Numbered from the stretch's first letter, positions 9,318-19,662 are shown. The stretch is DNA of 64,000 nt from Dehalococcoidia bacterium (GCA_965262725.1 OZ253555.1:3168001-3232000); one strand, 5' to 3'. Notes: generated by a model from the sequence alone, not told the origin. Numbers and translations: made by a program.

Positions 9318-10565
9318 CTACTCGAGGCTGAAGGGCACGACCTCCTGCTCGACGATCGCGCCGCCGACATACGCCCAGATGCCCACGTAGCCGGTCGTCA
9401 CGTCCCCGTCGGCGTTCCAGTCGAGGGTCGTCGCCGCGCCCTCGTAGTTGACGTCGTTCCCGTCGCGCACGGCCTCGAGGCCCGCCGCGACGCCCGCGGC
9501 GCCGGGGAGCACGGTGAGGCCGGGAGGCGAGGCCACGCTCACCAGCGCATCGCGGAGGGCGGCGCCCTCGAGGGAGCCGGCGGCCTCCGCGGCGAGCGCG
9601 ATCGCGATCGTGGCGTCGTACGCCTCCCGCACGAACGGGAGGGACGGCAGGGCGCCGAAGGCGGCGATGTAGCCCTGATTCCACGCCTCCGAGGCCTCTG
9701 TGTCGGGAGAAACGGGAGCGGTGCCGCGCGAGCCGTCGAGGAACTCCGCTCCGATCTCCTCGATGAGCTCCTCGCTCTTCGTGCCGTCGACGAAGACGAA
9801 CTTCTCGAAGAGACCGCTCTCGAGCGCCTCGCGGATGTAGACCTTCGCCTGCGCGGGGAAGCTGATCGCGACCAGGTGCTGGGCCCCTCCGCGGGCCGCC
9901 TGCTGCAGCTCGGCGAGGTAGGAAGGCTGTCCGTCCTCGTGCGACACCAACGTCGCCGTACCGGTGAAGCTCGCCGCGAATCCGTCAGCGAGGCCCTGCC
10001 CGTAGGCGTCGTTGAGGTAGAGCACGGCGACGTTGTCGACGCCGATCGTGCTCACGAGCTCGGCGAGCACGGGCGCCTGTGCCGCGTCGGAAATCGTGCT
10101 CCGGAAGAGGAAGCCGTCGTCCTCGACCACCGTCACGGAGGGCGAGGTGGCCGACGGCGAGATCGTGGGCACGCCGGCCCCGCCCGTCACGCTCTCCGCG
10201 ACGGCGATCGTCACCGAACTCGAGAGCGGCCCGACGATCGCGTGCACCCCCTCGACCTCCACGAGGCGCCGCGCCTCTTCGACGCCGATGTTCGGATCGA
10301 CCTGCGTGTCGCCGGTGACGAGGACGACGTCCCGGCCGTTCACGCCGCCGGCGTCGTTGACGTGCTGGATCGCGAGCTCGACGCCCGTCTGGATCTCGGG
10401 CCCGAACTCGGCGAGCGGACCGGAGAAATCGGCGAGGAAGCCGATCTTCAGCTCGTCGCTTTCCTCGCCGCAGGCCGGGGCTAGCACCATGGCCATCGCG
10501 GCCGCAGCAACAAGAAGGACGGCGGCGATCCGCACGAGTCGGCGCCGGTCATGAATGTCGACCAT
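9318..10565 (-). CDS. Branched-chain amino acid ABC transporter substrate-binding lipoprotein
   Basis: Lipobox LAPAC, KIG..SGPLA, NDAGGVNG, YDA motifs; convergent with the liv genes. Confidence 0.88.
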   Translation of the reverse strand: MVDIHDRRRLVRIAAVLLVAAAAMAMVLAPACGEESDELKIGFLADFSGPLAEFGPEIQTGVELAIQHVNDAGGVNGRDVVLVTGDTQVDPNIGVEEARRLVEVEGVHAIVGPLSSSVTIAVAESVTGGAGVPTISPSATSPSVTVVEDDGFLFRSTISDAAQAPVLAELVSTIGVDNVAVLYLNDAYGQGLADGFAASFTGTATLVSHEDGQPSYLAELQQAARGGAQHLVAISFPAQAKVYIREALESGLFEKFVFVDGTKSEELIEEIGAEFLDGSRGTAPVSPDTEASEAWNQGYIAAFGALPSLPFVREAYDATIAIALAAEAAGSLEGAALRDALVSVASPPGLTVLPGAAGVAAGLEAVRDGNDVNYEGAATTLDWNADGDVTTGYVGIWAYVGGAIVEQEVVPFSLE

Positions 10566-10736
10566 CGAGCACGCTCCCCTGATAGATCGGGAAGCGGCTC
10601 GGGCGCGCTCCCGACTCGCCGTGTCACGCATGCCGGAGTGTAGGGAGGCGCCGATCGCGGCGCAATCGCGACGGCGTCCCGGCGGGCGGCGACCGGGATC
10701 GCCGACGTCGCGCGGAACTTCGGTGCCTGTCATGCT

Positions 10737-12209
10737 GTGTCGCGGAGGCGGGGGGACGGGAGCACCGTGTCCGGCCGCTGCCTGCTCCACGCCGTCCTCA
10801 CCGTCGCGCTGCTGGCCCTCGCCGCACCCTCCGCCTCCGCGGTGCACGCCGCGGCAGAGAGCGGCTCCGCCGGGCCGCTCGAGCGCCCCGCGCCCGCGCT
10901 CGGAGCCGGCGACCTGGTCGTGATCCACGCCGACGGCGATTGCCTGAACCTCCGCCAGGCCCCCGGCCTCACCGCGCAGATCCTCGAATGCCTGCCCGAA
11001 CAGACCACGCTGACCGCGCTATACGGAACGGAGACGGTCGGCGGCGAGCTCTGGCGGGAGGTCGCGGGCGCCGGACTGCACGGGTGGGTCTCGGAGCGCT
11101 ATCTCACGCCGGCGCCTCCCTCGCTCGGTTGCGGCGGCTCGGCCTCGATCCCGGTCGGCATCAGCGGACCCGACTCGTTCCGCACCGGCCTCGCCCTCTT
11201 CGTCTGGGGCGGCGGGACCGTCGAGGGGATTCACGACGCAGCGATGGCGCGCGGATGCAGCCCCCAGTCCATCTGGGCCACCGCGCCGGACGGAGCGATG
11301 GTCGGCTACGTCTTCGGGGCGCCCGCGTTCGTCAACCGCGGCTGGTTCGAACTCTTCCCCGGCGGGCGGATCCCCGCGCCGCGCGCGCTGATCATGCGCT
11401 GCGACGATGCCCCGGAGAGCGCCCCAGGCGCCTCGCGCGCCGCCTCCACCCGGGCGCCGGTCCTCGGCGCAGACCCCGCTCCGGAGATCGGCGCCGAGGC
11501 CGCGATCGTCGTCGACGGGGAGTCGGGCGACGTGCTCTTCGAGGAGGACGCCCGCCGGCCGCTCCCGCCTGCGAGCCTCACCAAGATCGCGACCGCGATC
11601 GTCGCGCTCGAGGGAGCCGCCCTCGACGCCTGGGCGGTGAGCGACGTCGACGCTTCGGAGATGCCCGACTCCAGCCTAATGGAGCTGCGCCGCGGCGACT
11701 GCTTCACCGTGTCGGACCTGCTCTACGGCTTGCTGGTCCCCTCGGGGAACGACGCGGCGCTCGCGCTCGGGCGCTACATCGCCGGCGATGATGAGGCCTT
11801 CGTGGACCGCATGCATACGATGCTCGACCGGCTCGGCCTCGGGGAGACGACGTTCATCGACCCGCACGGGCTCGGCGGCGATGGGCACGAGAGCTCCGCG
11901 TACGACATCGCGATGCTCGCGAGGTACGCGATGCAGATCCCGGAGTTCCGCGAGATCGTCTCGACGCGCTCGCACACCGCCCTCGGCACGCGCACCCTCT
12001 CGCTGAGCACCGTCAACTACTTCCTCGACCTCTACGACGGAGCCGATGGAGTGAAGACCGGATTCACGGAGGAGGCCGGTTACACCTTCGCCGGCTCCGC
12101 CACAAGGGAGGGGCGGCGCCTCTACGCCGTTGTGCTCAACTCGCCCGACCGGTTCACCGACGCCGAGCGGTTGCTCGACTGGGCCTTCGCGTCGTTCGAC
12201 TTCCCGTAG
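10737..12209 (+). CDS. D-alanyl-D-alanine carboxypeptidase (peptidase S11) with N-terminal SH3b-like domain
   Basis: SxxK (ASLTK), SGN and KTG motifs; N-terminal LNLRQAPG...GWVSERYL SH3 pattern; start may be 10767. Confidence 0.88.
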   Translation: MSRRRGDGSTVSGRCLLHAVLTVALLALAAPSASAVHAAAESGSAGPLERPAPALGAGDLVVIHADGDCLNLRQAPGLTAQILECLPEQTTLTALYGTETVGGELWREVAGAGLHGWVSERYLTPAPPSLGCGGSASIPVGISGPDSFRTGLALFVWGGGTVEGIHDAAMARGCSPQSIWATAPDGAMVGYVFGAPAFVNRGWFELFPGGRIPAPRALIMRCDDAPESAPGASRAASTRAPVLGADPAPEIGAEAAIVVDGESGDVLFEEDARRPLPPASLTKIATAIVALEGAALDAWAVSDVDASEMPDSSLMELRRGDCFTVSDLLYGLLVPSGNDAALALGRYIAGDDEAFVDRMHTMLDRLGLGETTFIDPHGLGGDGHESSAYDIAMLARYAMQIPEFREIVSTRSHTALGTRTLSLSTVNYFLDLYDGADGVKTGFTEEAGYTFAGSATREGRRLYAVVLNSPDRFTDAERLLDWAFASFDFP

Positions 12210-12322
12210 CCGCTGGCCCTGCGCCCGGGCCGGGCGCAGGGAGGTGGTCCAGGGATCCCGCGGGGGCGCACCGGGGGTGACGTACACTCCGGCGGCGGAG
12301 GCGGAGACGGCGGAGGGCCCCG

Positions 12323-13300
12323 GTGGAGATCTCGCTCGGGCTCGCGCCCCGCGCCGAGGCAGTCGCCCACGCCGCCCGCGCCGAGCAACTCGGCTTCGCA
12401 CGCGTCTGGCTCTTTGACTCGCCCGCGCTCTTCGCCGACGTGTGGATGACGCTCGCCCTCGTCGCCGGGCGCACGTGCCGCATCGGCATCGGACCGGCCG
12501 TGCTCGGCCCGCACCTGAGGCACCCGGTCCCGCAGGCCTCGGCGATCGCCACGCTGGAATCGATGGCGCCGGGGCGGGTTGCCGCCGCCTTCGGCACCGG
12601 GCTCACCAGCCGCCTCGCGCTCGGCCAGCGCCCGCTACGCTGGTCCGAGGTCGCGCGCCATCTCTCCCAGGTTCGCGCTCTCCTGTGCGGGGGGACCGTC
12701 GATGTCGACGGCGCCGCCGCGCGGCTGATCCACCTCCCGGGCTACCTGCCCCGGCGGCCGATCCAGGTGCCGCTCCTGCTCGCGGCCGACGGACCCCGCG
12801 GACGCGCCGTGGCCGGAGAACTCGCCGACGGCATCGTCTGCACGCGGCCCCGGCCCGGCTTCCCGCGGTGTGCCGTGCTCGCAGTCGGGACGGTGCTCGG
12901 CGAGGGGGAGGCCCCCGACTCGGAGAGGGCGCTCATCCCGGCCCGCATCTGGTCGGCGCTCCGCTACCACGCGGCGTTCGAGCGTGACCCGGAATCGGTC
13001 GACGAGCTTCCGGGTGGAGCCGCGTGGCGGCGCGACCTGGAAAGCCGCCCGGCGGGAGAGCGGCACCTCGACCTCCACGTCGGCCACCTCGCCGCGCTCA
13101 ACGAGCGGGACGCGAGGTACGTCCAGCCGCTGCGCAGTCGCTCCGTGCTGACCGGCACTGCGCCGGAGCTGCGCGCCCGGCTACGCGAGCTGGAGGCGGC
13201 CGGGGCGACCGAGTTGATCTGGGTCCCCCTCGGGGACGCGATCGAGCGCGAGATTGAGACGTTCGCCACGGCGACCGGCCTCTCGGCGAGGACTCCGTGA
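12323..13300 (+). CDS. LLM-class flavin/F420-dependent oxidoreductase
   Basis: AEQLGF.RVW..DS, RHPV..ASAIATL, PGRV, ADGPR..AGELADG. Confidence 0.88.
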   Translation: MEISLGLAPRAEAVAHAARAEQLGFARVWLFDSPALFADVWMTLALVAGRTCRIGIGPAVLGPHLRHPVPQASAIATLESMAPGRVAAAFGTGLTSRLALGQRPLRWSEVARHLSQVRALLCGGTVDVDGAAARLIHLPGYLPRRPIQVPLLLAADGPRGRAVAGELADGIVCTRPRPGFPRCAVLAVGTVLGEGEAPDSERALIPARIWSALRYHAAFERDPESVDELPGGAAWRRDLESRPAGERHLDLHVGHLAALNERDARYVQPLRSRSVLTGTAPELRARLRELEAAGATELIWVPLGDAIEREIETFATATGLSARTP

Positions 13301-15894
13301 CGCGCCGCCCGCTGCGGGACATGCCCCTCGCAGAGCGGGATGACCCCGCCTCCACGGAGGGACGGGAGGGGGCGCTCGCGGGGCTCCGCGTCGTGGAACT
13401 CGGCGAGGGCGTCGCGGTGCCCTACGCTGGCAAGCTCCTCTCCGATCTCGGCGCCGATGTCGCCAAGATCGAGCCGCCGGGGGGCGATCGCGCGCGGCGG
13501 GCGGGACCCTTTCCGGCCGACCACCCCGATCCGGAGGCGAGCGCGCTCTTCCTCTACGAGAACACGAACAAGCGCGGCCTGGTGCTCGACGTGAGCCATC
13601 CGACCGGCCACCGCGTCCTCGACTCCCTGCTCGGCCGGGCGGACCTCCTTCTCACCGACCGCCCGCCCGAGCAGCTCGACGCACTCCGCCTCACGGCTCA
13701 GGAGCTCACCGACCGGCATCCCCACCTCATCACGGTCGCGATCACGCCCTACGGGATCGACGGCCCGCGGGCGGGCTGGCGCGGGGGCGAGCTTGTGGCG
13801 TGGGCGGCGAGCGGGCTCGCCCACGGGACGCCCGGTCTCCCGGACAGCGCCGCAGACGCGGAGGCCGAACCTCCTCTCCACCCGGGCGCTCCCATCGCGG
13901 AGACGATCACCGGGGTGACGGCGGCGTTCGCCGCGCTGGTCGCGCTCTTCGGGCGAGACGGCTACGGCGAAGCGGGGGGGACGGGCCGCGGCAGCTTCCT
14001 CGATCTGTCGATGCAGGCGGCCGTCGCCTCGCTCGAGCAGCGAGACCACATCGCGTGGTCGTACGCCCGCTTCCGGGCGAACCGCCTCGCCACGAGCATC
14101 GGGCGGATGCCGAACTGCTACGTGCCCTGCGCCGACGGCTACGTCGCGGTCGCCGCGCCCTGGGACCACCAGTGGAGGCGGCTCGTCACCCTGCTCGGCG
14201 ACCCGGACTGGGCGAGCTCGCCGCTCTTCTCGACGGCCGAGGCGCGGGGCGAGAACTGGGACGCGCTGAAGCTGCTGCTGAGCGAGTGGGCGGGTCGGCT
14301 GCAGGGCGTTGAGATCACCAGGCGGGCCGGCGAGCACGGGCTGCCGTTCTTCCACTTCCACGCGGTCTCAGATCTCGTATCGTCCCCGCAGGTCGCCGCG
14401 CGCTCGAGCCTCGTCGAGGCGCCGTGCGGAAGCGCCACGATGCGCATCCCCGGTGCGCCGATCCAGCTCGACGGCACGCCGTGGCGCCTTCGCCGTCCGG
14501 CCCCCTCTCTCGGCGAGCACACCGGCGAGGTGCTCGCCGACTGGCTGGGATGGGAGGAGGGCGTGCCCGCGCGGCGCGGCGAGGAGACCCCACCCGGGCG
14601 CGTGGAGGAGGATCCTCTCGACCGGGGCCCGACGCGGGACGGGGGACTGGGGAGTACCGGTGCCGGCCGGCGAACCGGGACACTCCCCCTCGCCGGGATG
14701 CGCGTCCTCGATCTGGGGCAGGTGGTGGCGATCCCGTTCGCCACGCAATGGCTGGCGCGAATGGGCGCCGACGTGCTGCTGGTCGAATCCTCGAAGCACA
14801 TGACCACGCGCGAGCTGCCGCCCTACGGGGACGGCCGACCGCGCCACCACGACAACGCGGGCCACTTCAACCTGCTCAACGGCGCGAAGAGAAGCATCCG
14901 GCTCGACCTCGAGACGGAGCAGGGCCGCGACCTCGTTCGCCGGCTGCTCCCCCACTGCGACGTGCTCGTCGACAACTTCAAGACCGGTGTGCTGGAGCGG
15001 ATGGGGCTCGGCCCCGAGGTCGTGCGCGAGCTCCACCCCTCGGTCGTGCAGCTCTCCCTTGGCGCGTTCGGGCGCACGGGGCCGATGCGCTTCCATCCCG
15101 GGCTTCACAGCGCGGTCAACCTCTTCTCGGGGATGGCGGACGTGACGGGATACGCGGGCGGTGCCCCGCGGCTGCTCGGCGGCTTGCTGCCGGACGCGAT
15201 CGCGGGCGCCCACGTCGCGTGGGTCCTGCTCGCCGCGCTCAGACACCGGGACGCCACGGGCGAGGGACAGTACATCGACGGCGCGATGTACGAGACGCTG
15301 CTTCCGCTGATCGCGGGGCCGATAGCCGACTACGCGATGAACGGCCGAGCGCCCGTCCGCCGCGGCAACCGCGATCCGGTGCTCGTCCCGCACGGCGTCT
15401 ATCCCGCGCTCGGCGAGGACGACTGGGTCGCTGTGGCGGCAGCGGACGAGGGGGAGTGGCGTGCGCTCTGCGGCGTGATCGGCCGGGAGGAGTGGACGCG
15501 CGACCCGGCGCTTCAGACGGCCGCGGGCCGCCGGGGGCGCGAGGATGCGATCGACGAGGCGATCGCATCCTGGACGCGGGAGCGCTCGCCGCTCGCCGCG
15601 GCGGAGGCGCTGCAGCACGCGGGTGTGACGGCGGCGCCGGTGCTCCTCTCCGCCGAGGCCCTGGCCGATCCGCAGCTCATCCACCGGGGCTTCGTGGTGG
15701 AGACGGAGCACCCGGTCTCGGGTCGGCGACGGCACTACGGCGTGCCGTGGCGCCCGGTCGACACGGGGGCGCCCACTCCCGACCTCGCACCGGCGCCGCT
15801 CCTCGGCGAGCACACGCGCGAGGTGCTCGGCGGGCTGCTGGGCCTCGACGCCGGAACGCTCGACGAACTCGAAGCCGCGGGCGTCTTCACGTAG
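13297..15894 (+). CDS. Family III (CaiB/BaiF) CoA-transferase, two fused domains
   Basis: Two copies of LAG.RV.(E/D)L...GADV..(I/V)E, N..KR and APxLGEHT motifs. Confidence 0.92.
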   Translation: MTRRPLRDMPLAERDDPASTEGREGALAGLRVVELGEGVAVPYAGKLLSDLGADVAKIEPPGGDRARRAGPFPADHPDPEASALFLYENTNKRGLVLDVSHPTGHRVLDSLLGRADLLLTDRPPEQLDALRLTAQELTDRHPHLITVAITPYGIDGPRAGWRGGELVAWAASGLAHGTPGLPDSAADAEAEPPLHPGAPIAETITGVTAAFAALVALFGRDGYGEAGGTGRGSFLDLSMQAAVASLEQRDHIAWSYARFRANRLATSIGRMPNCYVPCADGYVAVAAPWDHQWRRLVTLLGDPDWASSPLFSTAEARGENWDALKLLLSEWAGRLQGVEITRRAGEHGLPFFHFHAVSDLVSSPQVAARSSLVEAPCGSATMRIPGAPIQLDGTPWRLRRPAPSLGEHTGEVLADWLGWEEGVPARRGEETPPGRVEEDPLDRGPTRDGGLGSTGAGRRTGTLPLAGMRVLDLGQVVAIPFATQWLARMGADVLLVESSKHMTTRELPPYGDGRPRHHDNAGHFNLLNGAKRSIRLDLETEQGRDLVRRLLPHCDVLVDNFKTGVLERMGLGPEVVRELHPSVVQLSLGAFGRTGPMRFHPGLHSAVNLFSGMADVTGYAGGAPRLLGGLLPDAIAGAHVAWVLLAALRHRDATGEGQYIDGAMYETLLPLIAGPIADYAMNGRAPVRRGNRDPVLVPHGVYPALGEDDWVAVAAADEGEWRALCGVIGREEWTRDPALQTAAGRRGREDAIDEAIASWTRERSPLAAAEALQHAGVTAAPVLLSAEALADPQLIHRGFVVETEHPVSGRRRHYGVPWRPVDTGAPTPDLAPAPLLGEHTREVLGGLLGLDAGTLDELEAAGVFT

Positions 15895-15973
15895 GAGCGG
15901 ACGGCGGCGCCGAAGCGCGCCTCCTACCGCCGCCGGTCGATGGGGCCCGCGCGCACCGGCCGCAGCGGCCCGC

Positions 15974-16690
15974 TCACGGCGCTCTGCCGAGCTCTCCTAC
16001 GCGCCACCCGCCGGTCGCGCCCTCGTCTATCAGCCGCAACGTGCGCGAGAGGATCGCCGGCACCGCATCGGCGATTCGCTCTGCCGCGCGGCGGCCGCTC
16101 TCCACGAGCTCTTCGTCGGGGACCACCATGCTCGCGATCCCGGCCTCGACCGCCTCGCGGCCCGAGAGCGGGATGCCGAGGAGCAGGTAGCTCTTCGCGC
16201 GCATCGGGCCCATCACGTGGCCGATGCGGCGCAGCCACGCATCGTCTGCGAAGCCTCCCATGCGCGGCTCCGGCTCCGAGATCCGTGCTCCTTCGGCGGC
16301 GATCACGATGTCGGCCGCGGCCGCGATCTGGGTGCCGGCGCCGATGCAGTGGCCGTGCACGAGGCTCACCACCGGCTTCGGGAACAGGTCGATGCGCTTC
16401 GCGATCCGGTACATCTCGGCGACGTTCCCGGCGGGCCTCACGCCCTGCTGCGCGTAGCGATCCATCTCGGCCCGATCGAGGCCGGCGCAGAAGCCGCGCG
16501 GTCCCGTCCCGCGCAGCAGGACGACGCGGACCGCATCGTCGAGCTCCGCGTCGTCGAGCGCCGCGTCCATCGCGGCCAGCATCGGTTCGGTCATCGCGTT
16601 CACCTTCTCGGGCCGGTTGAGCGCAATGGTGAGCGCCTCGCCGCCGGCCGCCATCGGCTCCCGCTCCGCGATCAGTTGCGATTCCATCAT
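15974..16690 (-). CDS. Enoyl-CoA hydratase/isomerase family protein
   Basis: LNRPEKVNA, FCAGLD, PKPVVSLVHG.CIGAG. Confidence 0.88.
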   Translation of the reverse strand: MMESQLIAEREPMAAGGEALTIALNRPEKVNAMTEPMLAAMDAALDDAELDDAVRVVLLRGTGPRGFCAGLDRAEMDRYAQQGVRPAGNVAEMYRIAKRIDLFPKPVVSLVHGHCIGAGTQIAAAADIVIAAEGARISEPEPRMGGFADDAWLRRIGHVMGPMRAKSYLLLGIPLSGREAVEAGIASMVVPDEELVESGRRAAERIADAVPAILSRTLRLIDEGATGGWRVGELGRAP

Positions 16691-16868
16691 GACCCCACCC
16701 CCGTTCCGCTCGCCCGGCCGCCCGATTCTAGGACCCGGCCGCGACGTGCTCCGCGTGACGGCGAGCCGGCCGCTTCCGTGAGGCACGGACCGCCGTGCGG
16801 CTCGCCCGGAGAGCGTAGTATTCCAGGAGAGGCCGGATGCAGCTGAGCCGTCACCGGAGGATAGAACG

Positions 16869-17714
16869 ATGCAGGGAACAGCGACGTCACGACTAAAGCG
16901 GGGATTCGTTCTCAGCCCCCACGGCAACATCGAGTACTTCGAGGTCGGGAACGGCGAGCCGCTCGTCATGCTCCACTCGACGCCGAACTCCTGCATGGCC
17001 TACCGCGACATCGCCCCGCTCCTCGCCGCCGACTGCCGCGTGATCGCGATGAGCACCATGGGATACGGGCAGTCCGACCGTCCCCCCGAGCCCTACACGA
17101 CGCTGACCGAATTCGCACGAGCCGTGACCTGGCTGCTCGACGGCCTCGGGCTCGAGAAGGCGAGCGTCTACGGGAACAGCACGGGTTCGCAGATCGCACT
17201 GGTGCTCGCCGCCGAGTTCCCGGAGCGCGTCGACAAGCTGATCCTGGAGGAGGTCTTCAACTGGGGGACCCCCTCGCGGCGTGCCGTCCACGAGCGCCTG
17301 CACCGTTACTACGAGCAGAGCCCGGACGGGAGCCACCTCCTCGACCTGTGGAAGAAGGTGGGTGGCGACCGGCCCGGCGCCGACCTGAAGCTCACGAGCG
17401 AGCGCTTCCTCAACAACCTGATCGTGAACTCCACGGAGGGTGCCGAGGCTTACGGCCAGATGGGGTGGGAGGGCGCGGGCCCCTACGCGATGACGCACCT
17501 CGACATCTGGGAGTCGGCCAGCCGGATCCAGGCGCCGACGCTCGTGCTCCACGGCACCACGAGCCAGCTCGGACGCTCGCACGAGAAGTTCCTCGCCACG
17601 ATCCCGCACGCCCGGGGCCTGCGCCTTCCGAGCTCGGGGAACTTCAAGCCCGGACAGGCGCCCGAGCTGTGGCTGGAGGAGGTTCGCTCCTTCCTCCGCG
17701 ACCACGAGCGCTAG
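16869..17714 (+). CDS. Alpha/beta hydrolase fold protein
   Basis: G.GEPLVMLH, GYGQSD, GNSTG nucleophile elbow, PERV.KLIL, IQAPTLVLHG. Confidence 0.87.
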   Translation: MQGTATSRLKRGFVLSPHGNIEYFEVGNGEPLVMLHSTPNSCMAYRDIAPLLAADCRVIAMSTMGYGQSDRPPEPYTTLTEFARAVTWLLDGLGLEKASVYGNSTGSQIALVLAAEFPERVDKLILEEVFNWGTPSRRAVHERLHRYYEQSPDGSHLLDLWKKVGGDRPGADLKLTSERFLNNLIVNSTEGAEAYGQMGWEGAGPYAMTHLDIWESASRIQAPTLVLHGTTSQLGRSHEKFLATIPHARGLRLPSSGNFKPGQAPELWLEEVRSFLRDHER

Positions 17715-17718
17715 GGGC

Positions 17719-18684
17719 GTGTCCGCAGCGAAGGGGGGGAAGGCGGCGTCCCTGGCCGCGATCCGGGAGGAGTTCGCGGAGGAGGTGGTGCCCCAGAGAC
17801 GGCGCGTCCGCGCGGGCGAGCTCTCGCAGCGAGACTTCGGGCCGCTGCTCGAGGAGGCGCTCGGGCGCGCCGAGGAGCGCGCGGCGTCCAGCGGCATCGA
17901 GCCATGGGAGCTCTACGGATCCATCCTCGATGATCGCTCCATGCACTGGGTTGACCGCCGCCTCGCGGTCAACAGACTCCACGATCCGGCCGTCGTGCCG
18001 AAGTCCGAGGCTGCGGGGATCGCAGCGATGATCGAGGCCGTGCTCCTCGACCCGGCCACCCGCTACAACCTGATGCTGCACACCGTGATGGCGGCAGCCA
18101 TCCTGCGCGCCCACGACCCCGTCACGGCACTCTACGCAGTCTCGCGCGAGACGATAGACGCGGCCGTCGTCCCGTACGTGGAGCGAGGACTACCGGGAGA
18201 TGCCGGCTACGAGGAGCAGATGCGGAACCTGCGCCACTCGATGCACCTGCTCGCAACCGTGGCGCGGCTTGCGATGATCCATCCCGACGGCAAGAGACGG
18301 GCCGTCTCCGGCTCCTCCTACGCTTCGCTCCTCGCCGATCAGCTCGACCGCGTCATCGCGCTCTACGAGTCGAACCGCGAGACGATGGTCTCGCCGGAGT
18401 TGCTCGACGCGGAGCCCATCGGCCCCGGCGCCCGCGAGATCGACTTCGAGCCGGTACACATCATGGAGCACCTCGCGGAGGCGATGGAGGAGGTGGGACG
18501 TTCTGGTGACGACCGCCTCGTTGGCCTCTTCGCCAGGCGGGGCGTGCCGGCGATCTTCGAACGCCTCGACGCCGTGAGCGAGTCGCTCGGGCGCACGCCC
18601 CCGCGGGTCGAAGAGTACCGCGCGCAGGTGGCGGGCTTCCGCGCCGCTGTCAGAGACGCGGGAGAGGCGCGCCGCGCCGACTAG
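17719..18684 (+). CDS. Hypothetical protein (predicted all-alpha)
   Basis: 321-codon ORF with host-like codon usage, 4 nt after the hydrolase; no motif recognised. Confidence 0.7.
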   Translation: MSAAKGGKAASLAAIREEFAEEVVPQRRRVRAGELSQRDFGPLLEEALGRAEERAASSGIEPWELYGSILDDRSMHWVDRRLAVNRLHDPAVVPKSEAAGIAAMIEAVLLDPATRYNLMLHTVMAAAILRAHDPVTALYAVSRETIDAAVVPYVERGLPGDAGYEEQMRNLRHSMHLLATVARLAMIHPDGKRRAVSGSSYASLLADQLDRVIALYESNRETMVSPELLDAEPIGPGAREIDFEPVHIMEHLAEAMEEVGRSGDDRLVGLFARRGVPAIFERLDAVSESLGRTPPRVEEYRAQVAGFRAAVRDAGEARRAD

Positions 18685-18807
18685 AGCCCGCAGAGCGACG
18701 CCGTCCACCCCTACCGGTGGTGACGACGCCGGCTCCTCGTCCGAAGCGTCCTCGTCACACTCGCTCGACGGGCCCTTCCCGCCGACCCGCTCCCCCATGC
18801 TCCCGCG

Positions 18808-19662
18808 TCACGACTCGCCCGGCGCAAGGCACGCCGCCGTCATCGGGCCCGCCTCGTCCGCGAACGCGGCGTACTGGCTCACGAGGCGCTCGACCTCGGG
18901 GGGGTAGGGGACAGCGGGCCATCCCTCGAAGAGAGCGGCCAGCTGCTCGGCCACGATGCGCAGCGTCTCGGCCGAGCCGACGAGCACGAGGGCGGTTCCG
19001 CCGCACGCCTCGCTGAAGGCGGCGACCGGCGCCGACGCCGCCGACGCCAGCTGGCCCGCGTCGCGAGCGATGGCACGAAGGAAGTCCGCCTCGTACTGCA
19101 TGCTGTTGCCGATGGCGGACCGTGCGATCAGGGCAATCCGGTCCGACGCCTCGTCCAGCGCGCCGATCCATGCGCGCACGGCTGCCGCGTCCGCGCTCTC
19201 GCCGCTCGCGTTCTCTGACTCCTCATCGACTCTGGCCTCAGCCGCGTCGTCGAGCCCGGGCAGGTACTCGTTGCTCACCCAGGAGTTGACGCCGGCCGCC
19301 TCGACGCGCGTCCAGCCGTCGCACTCGCCGACGCCGACCTCGACGACCACGAGCTCCGTGCCGTCGGTCCAGCCCCCGGCGACACGGGCATCGACCCGGC
19401 AGGCGGAGCGCAGGCTCACGCCGTCGCCCCCGGTTGCGCCGATCGTCACCACGGCGCCCACGAGCGACGCGGGCGCGGCGTCTGGGACCTCGGCCGAGCC
19501 AGGCTGCGCGGTGGCCTCGGGCACGCCCGCTCCGAACCTGGAGTCATCCAAACGAACCGCGAGTTCAGCGAGCTCGGGGGGCGGCGCCGTGCTTCCGTCT
19601 CCGCACGCAGCGAGGACGACGACGCCCAGCACAAGAGGCAGGAGACGGCTCAGGCGACCCAT
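18808..19662 (-). CDS. Hypothetical lipoprotein with SH3-like domain
   Basis: Lipobox VLAAC; GDGVSLR...W..V...SWVSNEYL SH3-like pattern. Confidence 0.7.
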   Translation of the reverse strand: MGRLSRLLPLVLGVVVLAACGDGSTAPPPELAELAVRLDDSRFGAGVPEATAQPGSAEVPDAAPASLVGAVVTIGATGGDGVSLRSACRVDARVAGGWTDGTELVVVEVGVGECDGWTRVEAAGVNSWVSNEYLPGLDDAAEARVDEESENASGESADAAAVRAWIGALDEASDRIALIARSAIGNSMQYEADFLRAIARDAGQLASAASAPVAAFSEACGGTALVLVGSAETLRIVAEQLAALFEGWPAVPYPPEVERLVSQYAAFADEAGPMTAACLAPGES

